The translations under genes and the position numbers were made by a program. From assembly GCA_945877315.1 (NCBI GenBank), contig CAMCRP010000006.1, forward strand, positions 2,617 to 66,616: a stretch of DNA of 64,000 bases, written 5' to 3'. The notes under the pieces are model-generated. The model was not told the origin of the DNA. It did no database searches and was given only the letters and a program-made list of their open reading frames with translations. Of this stretch, positions 1 to 8,325 are shown in pieces. This DNA is from an uncultured Ruminococcus sp. GTDB taxonomy: Bacteria > Bacillota > Clostridia > Oscillospirales > Ruminococcaceae. The first letter of the stretch is position 1. Each line of letters starts with the position of its first letter.

Positions 1-1149
1 GAGGGTAATACGGGTTTTGAGTTCCCGAAGAATAACAGTCGCTGTGATACGCTTATCGGTCTGATACTGTCGTCACTGCGTCTGCATGACAAGCTGAGGG
101 TGTATTATGAGGTAAGGCGGGAGGCTGAGTTTCATGCCAATCATATTGAGCCCGCAGAGTACGCCCTTCTTGTCAGCTGTCTGAATAATGATGACATATC
201 GGCTGAGTATATTATCCGAAATGAGCTTGATTTTTCGGAGCTTGGCAATGGGGTATATTTATTTGAACCGATGTATTTCCTTATGATAACGGGAAAATAT
301 CATCTGATACCTGCTGTTGTGGAAAGGTATAACGAAACCTGCTTTCCCTTCGGAAATTACAGCCTGTCGAATATGTCGGGCAGATTTGCGTATGAGGCTG
401 CGTCGGCTGCTTTTTTCGGGGACAGGGAGCTTTTGGCTGTCTTGTTTGACCTGGGCTTCTGTCTGAATGACGCACTTATTATTCAGCTTTTCCCATACCC
501 TGATGCAATGGGATATATCATAAATAATTTTTACGATAAATTGGGTTCGGACAAGCCTGTGGATATTTTCGAGCTTATTAAGAGAAAATTTCACACGGAG
601 GGAATCCTTGACCTGGCATTGCAGATAAGATTAAGCTATGGCACAGACGCCTTTAAGCGTTTCACAGCGGGGCTTGAACCCATGAAAAAGACAGCAGTTT
701 TGCACAGCAGTACGATCCGCCGATACAGTCCGTCCTTCGGCTTTCCCGAAATGACAGAGGAGGTAATTTTTCTGAAAGGATCCGCCGAGAAGGAGCTTAC
801 CATAGTTATGGACGCCTGCGACGATTCGGTTATCTTTTATGACGTTGAGAAGATACTTGACGGTCACAGCGTAATATATGACCTTACAGACTGTGACGGA
901 AAGGATATTTTCTGGATGCTGAGCAATTCCGAGCTAAAGGATCTGCTGACTAAGAAAAATATGATTTTCAGCAGGTCGGAGATAAGCGATGCCGTTCTTG
1001 CTATTCTCGGCAGGAACAGCAGGCAGCTGACCGAGCTTCTTATCGGGAAGGGTATAATAAACAAGGATAATTATGAGAAGGCGCTGGACTATTTGGTTTC
1101 CGAGAAATATCTGAATTCGCTTGCTGCGCTGAATAATGCTAATTTTTAA
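1..1149 (+). CDS. Ankyrin-repeat-like paralog family member A (5'-truncated by window edge)
   Basis: The reading frame is open from position 1. The upstream codons encode LILSSLRLHDKLRVYYEVRR, which aligns with paralogs B and C (LILSVLRRQDKLKVFYEVKR). Shared motifs include LISCLNNDD, EYIIRNEL, MITGKYHLIPAV, ASAAFFGDRELLAVLFDLGF and RNSRQLTELLIGKGIINKDNYEKALDY. The A-A--G--E-L--L-D-G spacing is reminiscent of degenerate ankyrin repeats. Confidence 0.75.
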   Translation, partial: EGNTGFEFPKNNSRCDTLIGLILSSLRLHDKLRVYYEVRREAEFHANHIEPAEYALLVSCLNNDDISAEYIIRNELDFSELGNGVYLFEPMYFLMITGKYHLIPAVVERYNETCFPFGNYSLSNMSGRFAYEAASAAFFGDRELLAVLFDLGFCLNDALIIQLFPYPDAMGYIINNFYDKLGSDKPVDIFELIKRKFHTEGILDLALQIRLSYGTDAFKRFTAGLEPMKKTAVLHSSTIRRYSPSFGFPEMTEEVIFLKGSAEKELTIVMDACDDSVIFYDVEKILDGHSVIYDLTDCDGKDIFWMLSNSELKDLLTKKNMIFSRSEISDAVLAILGRNSRQLTELLIGKGIINKDNYEKALDYLVSEKYLNSLAALNNANF

Positions 1150-1185
1150 TACTAATCTTTCATCAATATATAGGCAAAAACGTAA

Positions 1186-1320
1186 AATTAAGGAAATACT
1201 GATTAATGGGTGTTCCCCCGCCTTCGGCGGGGGAACACCAACCCTGATACGTCAATCAGGTAACAAAGAAAATGAAATTATTGATTTAATCAGTGGTTCC
1301 TTAAAAATTATATCAATTAA
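1186..1320. repeat. Conserved ~130-bp element downstream of paralog genes; contains GGTGTTCCCCCGCC/GGCGGGGGAACACC hairpin (1209..1239) and palindromic TTGATTTAATCAGTGGTTCC module
   Basis: Near-identical copy at 18640..18722 downstream of paralog D. Related modules (AATGAAATACTGATYAATGGGTGTTCC plus a G/C hairpin) occur at 55000..55050 and 62815..62855. Confidence 0.6.
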
Positions 1321-1405
1321 TTATAGCAAACGACATAAATAATTTTACATTGAGTGTAATTGGGGTTATAACGTTTACTATACGAATATGAAAGGAAGGA
1401 TAAAA

Positions 1406-2728
1406 ATGTATGGTACCGCCATAAAAACTCAATTCAGCGAATATATTTGGCAGGACAAGGCAATAAGGGCGGCAATAGGCGGCTGCTCTGCCGAGGAATT
1501 CAGAAAAATCCTGACCGAAATGTATGAGAAGGAAACGGAAATGTCACAGCATTGGTCCATAAATGTCGGCTGCTGTGAAATGATGGTCAGCCTGATACTG
1601 TCGGTGCTGCGCAGGCAGGACAAGCTAAAGGTGTTTTATGAGGTGAAGCGAAATGCCGTAAACAGCGTGGGACATGCTGAGTATGCAAAGTATTCTCTGC
1701 TGATAAGCTGTCTGAATAACGACGATAAAGCAGCTGAGTATATTATCGAAAATGCTCTTTGCTTTTCGGATATTGACTGCCTGATTTATTTCACCCACCC
1801 TTTGTATATACTTATGCTGACGGGAAAATATTACCTGATACCCGCCGTTTTGAAGAAGGCAAATGAGCTTTGCTTTCGTGAGTTCCTTTGGGACGTTGAG
1901 GAATCGGAAAAGGAGGATAACAGCTTTCGGTTTTTCGGCGCTTCTTCGGTATACAGTATAGCGTCGGCGGCATATTTCGGGGACAGGGAGTTTCTGAAAG
2001 CAGTATTTGACAACGGCTATTCCATTGACGGGGAAATGGTGCAAAATCTTTATTTCGAGCCGAAGGCATTGGAGTTTATCATAAGTAATTTTTACGATAA
2101 AATGGGTCTTGATAAGCCTTTGGGAATCTATGAGGCGATCAAGGAAAAATTCGGTACGGAGGAAATACTTGGAATGGCAATAAAAATACGCTCCATGTAT
2201 GGCAATGAGGAGTTTGACAATTTCAGTGAAGGGATCCGTCCCATGAAAAAGACAAATGAGTTGAGCAGCAGCATTATTTTCCTTTACAGCCCGCCGTTAT
2301 TATGGCCTGAAACAGGCATGGAGGCGTACTTTATGAGGGATTCGGCAGAGAAGGAGCTTACTGTAAGTCTGAGCCGAGGTGAAAATCGTGTGCCCTTTTA
2401 TGACGCCGAGAGGATATTTCCCGATCACAGCATTACATATGATATGACAAATATAGATGACGAGCGTTTTCTCGTCATGCTCAGCAATAAGGATCTGAAG
2501 GATACTCTTGTAAGAAGGGTCATCTTTAATAAGTCATTTGCGGAATGTGTTGTAAGGGAGATACTTAACAGAAACAGCAGGCAGCTTACAAGGCTTCTTA
2601 TAGAAAAGGAAATGATAAACAAGGATAACTATGAGGAAATACTTGACTATGCAGTTTCCCAAAAGCTGCTTGATGTGCTGGCGGTGCTGCCCAGCTCGTC
2701 TGCGCTTGCTGCAGCGGGAAAGGAGTGA
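1406..2728 (+). CDS. Ankyrin-repeat-like paralog family member B
   Basis: Start chosen at the ATG with RBS AAAGGAAGG 6 nt upstream; the N-terminus then aligns with paralog C (MYGTAIKTQFSEYIWQDKAIRAAIGGCSAEEF versus MIGSFIGSSDKIYFGDFIRQEKVIRAAISGCSADEF). The same motif set is shared along the whole length. Confidence 0.8.
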   Translation: MYGTAIKTQFSEYIWQDKAIRAAIGGCSAEEFRKILTEMYEKETEMSQHWSINVGCCEMMVSLILSVLRRQDKLKVFYEVKRNAVNSVGHAEYAKYSLLISCLNNDDKAAEYIIENALCFSDIDCLIYFTHPLYILMLTGKYYLIPAVLKKANELCFREFLWDVEESEKEDNSFRFFGASSVYSIASAAYFGDREFLKAVFDNGYSIDGEMVQNLYFEPKALEFIISNFYDKMGLDKPLGIYEAIKEKFGTEEILGMAIKIRSMYGNEEFDNFSEGIRPMKKTNELSSSIIFLYSPPLLWPETGMEAYFMRDSAEKELTVSLSRGENRVPFYDAERIFPDHSITYDMTNIDDERFLVMLSNKDLKDTLVRRVIFNKSFAECVVREILNRNSRQLTRLLIEKEMINKDNYEEILDYAVSQKLLDVLAVLPSSSALAAAGKE

Positions 2729-2734
2729 TGCAAT

Positions 2735-4018
2735 ATGATCGGCAGCTTTATCGGCAGCAGCGACAAAATTTATTTCGGTGACTTTATCCGTCAGGAGAAG
2801 GTTATAAGGGCTGCAATAAGCGGCTGTTCTGCCGACGAATTCAGGAATGCTCTGACGGATATGTACAGTGAGGAGGAAAAATTAAGCGGATATTATTTTG
2901 ACGAAAATATCATCTGCTGCAATTTGGCAGTCAGTCTGATACTGTCGGTGACTGGGCAGCAGGATAAATTAACTGCCTTTTATGAGGCGCAGAAGAAGGT
3001 GAAAATAGGTACGGATACGATACCCTCGGCAAATTACTCTTTTTTTGTCAGCCTTCTTGAAAATGACGATGAATTTGCCGAATATATTATCCGAAATGAG
3101 CTTGAATCCTCTGATTTCAGGGAAATGTGGTATTTTGTAAATCCCTTGTATCTTCTTATGCTTACGGGGAAATATCATTTGCTGAAAATTGCTCTTGACA
3201 GGTGCATTGAGGTCTGCAATAAGGAAAAATGTACCGCTGAAACGGACGAAGCCTTTTACGGCGAGAGTATGTCCTTTGTAGTCGCTTCGGCGGCTTATTT
3301 CGGGGATAGGGAGTTTCTGACGCTTCTGTTTGACAGCGGCTATCGCATGGACGAGGATATTGTGGTTCAGCTTTATTCCGAGCCGGATGCAATGGAATTT
3401 CTCATAGAAAATTACCTGCATAGGACGGGAGCGGATAAGCCCCTTTCCGTTTGCGGATTTGTCAGGGAAAATTACACCACTCAGCAAAAGCTGGAAATGG
3501 GCTTGCTGATACTTCATTGCTATGGACAGGAAAAATTTGAGCGTTTTCTGGAAGAGCTCAGTCCCATGGAAAAGGTACATATTTTAGATAACAATGCTGT
3601 TATGCCATACATTACCGTAGAATGGTCGTCTGCCGACAAGGGAAAGCTTTTTCTGAATTCCCTGGCGGAGAAGGAGCTTACTGTTATTATGCACGAGTAT
3701 GACATTATGGACATTTACGATATTGAGAAGGTCTTTTCGGAGCACAGTCTTACCTATGAGCTGGAATACGATGACGATTTTTTTGAGTTCCTAAGCAATA
3801 GAGCGCTAAAGAATATTCTCACGAAAAATTTCATCTTTAAGCCGTCCCTTAACGGCGGTATCTTGCAGACGATCCTTAGCAGAAACAACAGACAGCTTAC
3901 AAAGGTTCTTATCAAAAACGGAATGATAAACAGGGATAACTATGAGGAAATACTCGATTATGTTATCACCAACAGGTATCTTAATGCGCTTGCGGTGCTG
4001 AAAAATTCAACATTTTAA
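2735..4018 (+). CDS. Ankyrin-repeat-like paralog family member C
   Basis: RBS AAAGGAG upstream. It lies 6 bp downstream of B, so the two are probably co-transcribed. Motif set as for A and B. Confidence 0.8.
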   Translation: MIGSFIGSSDKIYFGDFIRQEKVIRAAISGCSADEFRNALTDMYSEEEKLSGYYFDENIICCNLAVSLILSVTGQQDKLTAFYEAQKKVKIGTDTIPSANYSFFVSLLENDDEFAEYIIRNELESSDFREMWYFVNPLYLLMLTGKYHLLKIALDRCIEVCNKEKCTAETDEAFYGESMSFVVASAAYFGDREFLTLLFDSGYRMDEDIVVQLYSEPDAMEFLIENYLHRTGADKPLSVCGFVRENYTTQQKLEMGLLILHCYGQEKFERFLEELSPMEKVHILDNNAVMPYITVEWSSADKGKLFLNSLAEKELTVIMHEYDIMDIYDIEKVFSEHSLTYELEYDDDFFEFLSNRALKNILTKNFIFKPSLNGGILQTILSRNNRQLTKVLIKNGMINRDNYEEILDYVITNRYLNALAVLKNSTF

Positions 4019-4115
4019 AAAATGAATTTCTATTGCTTTTCTGCGGCGGATAAGGTATAATAATTTTGGAAAAACGGGTAATTTACCCGAAAATATTACA
4101 AGGAGTAGGATTTTT

Positions 4116-4811
4116 ATGGCAGTTTATTTTGATCCAATGGCAAACGGAAGATATGGCAAGCCTGCACAGCCCATATTTGCGGCGGGCAGAGAAACGGCGG
4201 AGTATCAGGAGGGCTTTCTGCTGGGCTATCTTCACAATATGCGTCATTATGACCTGAGTCCTATATTCGGTATAGGTACATTCGGGATAGGCACTCTGAC
4301 CGTAACGGCGTCAAGCTCCGTAGTAGAGCGGGGTATCACCTCCGATTTTGACGAGCCGCATATCCGCACGGGACTTACAAACCCCGTTTTGCTTCACCAA
4401 AAAACACTCTGGACAGGCAGCGGAAAGATCACGGAGAAATCGGGCAGATTGTTTGGCAGTCTGAAACAGATGGGAATGGAGTTCACAGGAAAAAATTCGG
4501 TATACGGTAATGTCACATCGATCAGCTGTAATCGGTATGTGGAGCAGCTTATAACCTTTTGGGGCTTTTCCGTTTTCAAAAGGCCTGAGGAGTCATGCCT
4601 TTCCATAATACCGCTTTTCTTAGGCTATGACAACATCAGCGGCGACTGTGCATGGGACAGCGATGCTGCCTCCGACGGCGTAAACAGCGCATCGGAAACC
4701 ACCGCCGACGAGCTTTGGAGAAGGCAGATATCCGAAAAGCCCGCCCTTCCCGACAGCAGCAGATTGGACGAATTCAAAAGAGGCTTCTTCGACGGCTACA
4801 ATTTCAAATAA
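4116..4811 (+). CDS. Hypothetical protein
   Basis: 231-aa ORF with RBS AAGGAG 9 nt upstream. Convergent stem-loop terminators follow it. I did not recognise any domain. Confidence 0.5.
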   Translation: MAVYFDPMANGRYGKPAQPIFAAGRETAEYQEGFLLGYLHNMRHYDLSPIFGIGTFGIGTLTVTASSSVVERGITSDFDEPHIRTGLTNPVLLHQKTLWTGSGKITEKSGRLFGSLKQMGMEFTGKNSVYGNVTSISCNRYVEQLITFWGFSVFKRPEESCLSIIPLFLGYDNISGDCAWDSDAASDGVNSASETTADELWRRQISEKPALPDSSRLDEFKRGFFDGYNFK

Positions 4812-4835
4812 ATAAAATACCGACAAATGGGTGTC

Positions 4836-4917
4836 CCCCCGCCTTAGGCGGGGGACACCCATTGTCGGTATTTCCTTAGGTATATATTTCTACCCGCCGA
4901 AGGCGGGTAGAAATATA
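4836..4917. terminator. Pair of stem-loops between convergent genes (GGGTGTCCCCCGCC-TTAG-GCGGGGGACACCC and TATATATTTCTACCCGCC-GAAG-GCGGGTAGAAATATATA)
   Basis: Two perfect inverted repeats are visible; they lie between the + gene ending at 4811 and the - gene ending at 4941. Confidence 0.6.
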
Positions 4918-4940
4918 TATGACGTTTACTATAATCAAGG

Positions 4941-6353
4941 TCAGTCCTTGTATTTCACAAGCTCCACCCAATCGGGGACGAAGCAGTAATTGTCATAGCA
5001 GAACATGGGGTCATTATCAACGGGAACGAAAAATGTGGTGCGGTACTTTGGCTTTTGCTCGGGGAAGCTGCCCATGGCGTCGGAGAAGAAAAACAGCCCC
5101 TTCAGCTTTTTGCCGCGGTTCATTTTGGAGAATTCATCGGCGTAATCAAATACGCACTCGAAGCTTGTGCCGCCCCAGCCTACACCCTCGTAGTCACGGA
5201 TAAGCCTTTCGGCGTCCTTTCGGGAGCGTATGATCTTTTCGCTTGTTATCTGAGTGTCAAAGGTGACCACATGGATATTTACCGAGCTGCGTATATTCAG
5301 CTGCTCAAAAAGCGTGTATATCTGACGCAGAAAATTCACGGCAATATCGCCGCTGCAGGAGCCTGACATATCTATGGCAATGATTATATCGGTAACGCTG
5401 CACTGCTCCCTCGTTTCGCTGAATTCGACGATAGGAGTATCTCCCAGATTGTCCATGCCCCAGGTGTACATTATCACGTCAAAGGTGTCGGGGTCCTCGG
5501 ACATTATCTCCTGTATGGCAAAACGTTTCAGATATTCAAGGTAGGACACCTTGCTGAATCGGTCAGGCTTTTTTATCTCGTCGAACATATTTCCGTGGGA
5601 TGAACCGTACTGCGGGCTGCGGGCGTTTGCCTGCGCCTGAACAAGCATACTGCTCCACATTTCCTCGTTTTTGTTCATTTGTGAACCGACAGCTGCGGCA
5701 TTTGCGTTCTGAGGTTCGCCGTCAGAGCCATTGCCGTTTTGGGACTCGTCGGAAACGGTGATTTCCGTGGGTTCACCTGCCTGCTGAGGAGCATTTCCCT
5801 GTTCGGGCGGGTTGTCCTTTCGCTTGGTGTACCACAAATTGTGGTCGTCCTCCTTCAGCTTTGAAACGATGGAGAACATTTTGTTGAACACAGCAGGGTC
5901 CGCCTCAGCTGCCTTGAACAGCTCGGAGGTGGAGGTCCCGCCGCACAGCTTTAGAAAAGCGTCAAACTCCTTGTCTATGGCGGCGTTTGTCTTAAGGGCA
6001 TCTGCATTTTTCATCATGCAGAATACGGACATATCCGCCGCCGCTTCAAATACCTTGTCATTTTCGGTAGTCATGGACGGGTGAAGATAGAGATTGTGCA
6101 GAATGGTGTGAATGATAGTGTTCTCCATCTTCTTCCCGTTTTTGTTGTACTTGTCTATGAGCCATTTGGGATTGTAATAGATATATTCATAGTCGGAGCA
6201 GATGCTTTCTATCTCCTCGGCGGGCTTGGTTTTCAGGGAATAAATAGGCTTTGCCAGGAAGGGGAAGGAGGACGCAGCAGTTCTCATGGTGTGCTTTATG
6301 ATCTGCTCGGAAAGCTCCCTCTCCTCGGCGGTAAATACTGTTTTTTCGTCCAT
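4941..6353 (-). CDS. VWA-domain protein with N-terminal putative metallopeptidase-like domain (DUF2201-like), partner of MoxR ATPase
   Basis: VWA MIDAS-like motif IIIAIDMSGSCSGD. The N-terminal region contains IHTILHNLYLH. RBS GGAGGTG upstream. It lies 20 bp downstream of the AAA_5 ATPase gene, the arrangement typical of MoxR-VWA pairs. Confidence 0.7.
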   Translation of the reverse strand: MDEKTVFTAEERELSEQIIKHTMRTAASSFPFLAKPIYSLKTKPAEEIESICSDYEYIYYNPKWLIDKYNKNGKKMENTIIHTILHNLYLHPSMTTENDKVFEAAADMSVFCMMKNADALKTNAAIDKEFDAFLKLCGGTSTSELFKAAEADPAVFNKMFSIVSKLKEDDHNLWYTKRKDNPPEQGNAPQQAGEPTEITVSDESQNGNGSDGEPQNANAAAVGSQMNKNEEMWSSMLVQAQANARSPQYGSSHGNMFDEIKKPDRFSKVSYLEYLKRFAIQEIMSEDPDTFDVIMYTWGMDNLGDTPIVEFSETREQCSVTDIIIAIDMSGSCSGDIAVNFLRQIYTLFEQLNIRSSVNIHVVTFDTQITSEKIIRSRKDAERLIRDYEGVGWGGTSFECVFDYADEFSKMNRGKKLKGLFFFSDAMGSFPEQKPKYRTTFFVPVDNDPMFCYDNYCFVPDWVELVKYKD

Positions 6354-6373
6354 AGGAACACCTCCGTTTCGGC

Positions 6374-7618
6374 TTATGAGGACTTGCGGGCAGCAGTTTT
6401 TCTCAGCTTCTTCTTAATGGAGGATTCAGCGGTGGTAACGTCGTCGAGATACTTTCCAAAGTGCTCGTTGTGGGTGATGATGGCAGCCTTTACAATGTCG
6501 CTGTCGGAGAGAATACTGCTCATGAACATCTCCATTTCGCCGTTGCTGCCGTACACGGTCTTGACGAAGGAGGCAATGTTGTTCATCATCTCATTAACGG
6601 CGTTCATATCCCCCGAAACGGCGCATTTGCGGAGCTTTCTCTTCATGCACTCAATAAGCATAAAGCGGATATTCACGCTGATGTTAGATACCTTTTTGAT
6701 AAGCTCCTTGCTTGCCTTGCCCCTTACAATAAGCTCTATTTCCTCCTCGGTAATGGTTTCCTTTACAAGGATATAGTAGCTGTAAAACTCATCTGCCACA
6801 GTGGGAATACCGATAAACTGCGCCACAAGGTCGGCGGTCACGGGGAAATTGTTCCTCTCGTAGGCGTCGATAGTGATGCAAAGCTCCTCCCAGCCTCTGG
6901 GGGAAACGATACCGATATTGTCCTCGTCAAAGGCGTATATCTTTGAGGGGTCAGAGGTGATAAATGCGGTAACGATGGGGTTCAGCCCACGCTTTGCGGC
7001 GTAGTCCAGCCATGCGGTGCCGTCGGGGATAACGTTGATTATTCTCAGACGGTCACGGGTAACTGCGTCGAACTCCTTAACGCTCTTGTTGTACTCGGGG
7101 GGATTTCCTGCCATTACAAGGATCCAGCCGTCGGGGATTTTGCTCTGACCGAGTGTCTTGTTCTGGAAAAGCTGGAGCATGGGAGCCGCCAGAGTTTCCG
7201 ATGCGCAGTTTACCTCGTCGATAAAGAGGATACCGTTTGCCTTGCCCGACCTTTCGATCTCGTCCCTTACAGAGGTAACGATCTCGCTGGCGGTGTATTC
7301 GGTGGTGGCTACCTCGTTTCCGTTGTAGGTGCGGGTGACGATTTTAGGCAGACCCAGGGCACTCTGTCTGGTGTGGTGGGTGATGGAGTAGGAAACGTAG
7401 CCTATGTCCAGCTTTTCGGCGGTCTGCTTGGGAATATCGGTCTTTCCGATACCCGCAGGACCGATAAGCATTACGGGACGCTGTCTGTTTACGGGGATAG
7501 CGTAGTTCCCGCCGCTGTCCTTTTCAAGATATGTACGGCAGATGTTTTCCAGCCTTTCCGCTGCCTGTGCGATAGTGATAGAGTAGCTGTCCGTTTTGAT
7601 AGCAATTGTTTTTTCCAT
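6374..7618 (-). CDS. MoxR-like AAA+ ATPase (AAA_5 / CbbQ-NorQ type)
   Basis: Walker A LIGPAGIGKTD. Walker B / sensor region GILFIDEVNCASETLAAPMLQLFQ...LVMAGNPPEY. Start trimmed to MEKTIAIK (RBS GGAGGT); the longer ORF-track N-terminus only translates the GTGGAAAGTG repeat. Confidence 0.75.
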   Translation of the reverse strand: MEKTIAIKTDSYSITIAQAAERLENICRTYLEKDSGGNYAIPVNRQRPVMLIGPAGIGKTDIPKQTAEKLDIGYVSYSITHHTRQSALGLPKIVTRTYNGNEVATTEYTASEIVTSVRDEIERSGKANGILFIDEVNCASETLAAPMLQLFQNKTLGQSKIPDGWILVMAGNPPEYNKSVKEFDAVTRDRLRIINVIPDGTAWLDYAAKRGLNPIVTAFITSDPSKIYAFDEDNIGIVSPRGWEELCITIDAYERNNFPVTADLVAQFIGIPTVADEFYSYYILVKETITEEEIELIVRGKASKELIKKVSNISVNIRFMLIECMKRKLRKCAVSGDMNAVNEMMNNIASFVKTVYGSNGEMEMFMSSILSDSDIVKAAIITHNEHFGKYLDDVTTAESSIKKKLRKTAARKSS

Positions 7619-7726
7619 AGTGAATACCTCCGTTGTTTTGTTGTGTATTTCCTTTACCGATTTTATTATAGCATAGGCTTTCAAAAAAAATACTGCAAAT
7701 TTGACGGGGAAAAGAGGTTTTTTAAA

Positions 7727-7752
7727 ATGTGGAAAGTGGAAAGTGAAATTTT
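7727..7752. repeat. GTGGAAAGTGGAAAGTGAAA repeat copy
   Basis: Member of the window-wide GTGGAAAGTGAAAAGTGG family. Confidence 0.7.
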
Positions 7753-7770
7753 TCAGTAAATCCAACAAAC

Positions 7771-7812
7771 TATTGTAGGGGAAAAAGCATAGCTTTGGTT
7801 CCCCGTCCCGCA
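7771..7812. repeat. TTGTAGGGGAAAAAGCATAGCTTTGG...CCCGTCCCGCAG repeat
   Basis: Related copies at 16927..16963, inverted at 16991..17026, and short forms at 45620..45676 and 52517..52545. Confidence 0.65.
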
Positions 7813-8272
7813 GTTACGCTGAATTTTACGGCTTTCTGTGTTGCTGCGTGGCGGGGACTTTGTGCCTTGATTGTTCTGCTTTCTTTTCCCTCAACTGCCT
7901 TTGTGATATATGTAAGTCTGTGGAACCCCCGCAGAGGGGACAACCTTATAGGGGCGGGGGACAGAACAAACCCTAACGCAAAGCGGGGACTTTCCCCCGC
8001 CCCTAACGGTTTTCCCCTAATTATTCCGCTAGGAAGAATTTGCAATCACCCTTTCCCTTTCACCCCACCCTCTTTTCCCCGCTTTACATTTTGACGGGGT
8101 GATATAGATGGTGTTCTTTGGAAGTTTGCGTTTGTTTGAGTTTTTTACTATTTGTTTGTGATTTTTCTGAGTTTGATATTTTGCTGATGAAGCCGAAAAT
8201 AACTACAATGGTTTGTTAAATTTACTGAAAAATTCCACTTTCCACTTTTCACTTTATAGTTCAGCGGTTATT

Positions 8273-8302
8273 GCAAAATAATGCAGAATATGGTATAATT
8301 GA
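8273..8302 (+). promoter_or_regulatory. Sigma-A-like promoter for addB-like operon (TTGCAA-17-TATAAT)
   Basis: -35 TTGCAA, 17-nt spacer, -10 TATAAT, about 25 nt upstream of the RBS for the 8326 ATG. Confidence 0.5.
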
Positions 8303-8325
8303 GATAATAATTTTGGAGGTGTGCT

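Noticed and set aside
4066-4257. 63-aa ORF overlapping the start of the 4116 gene
   Set aside because: It lies out of frame inside the better-supported 231-aa ORF, which has an RBS; it is a likely artefact.
5055-5366. Numerous antisense ORFs of 60-300 aa inside large genes (e.g. within the VWA gene, carB, metG, the ABC transporters and the giant surface protein)
   Set aside because: They sit opposite or out of frame to well-supported long CDSs with recognisable domains. No independent start signals were seen.
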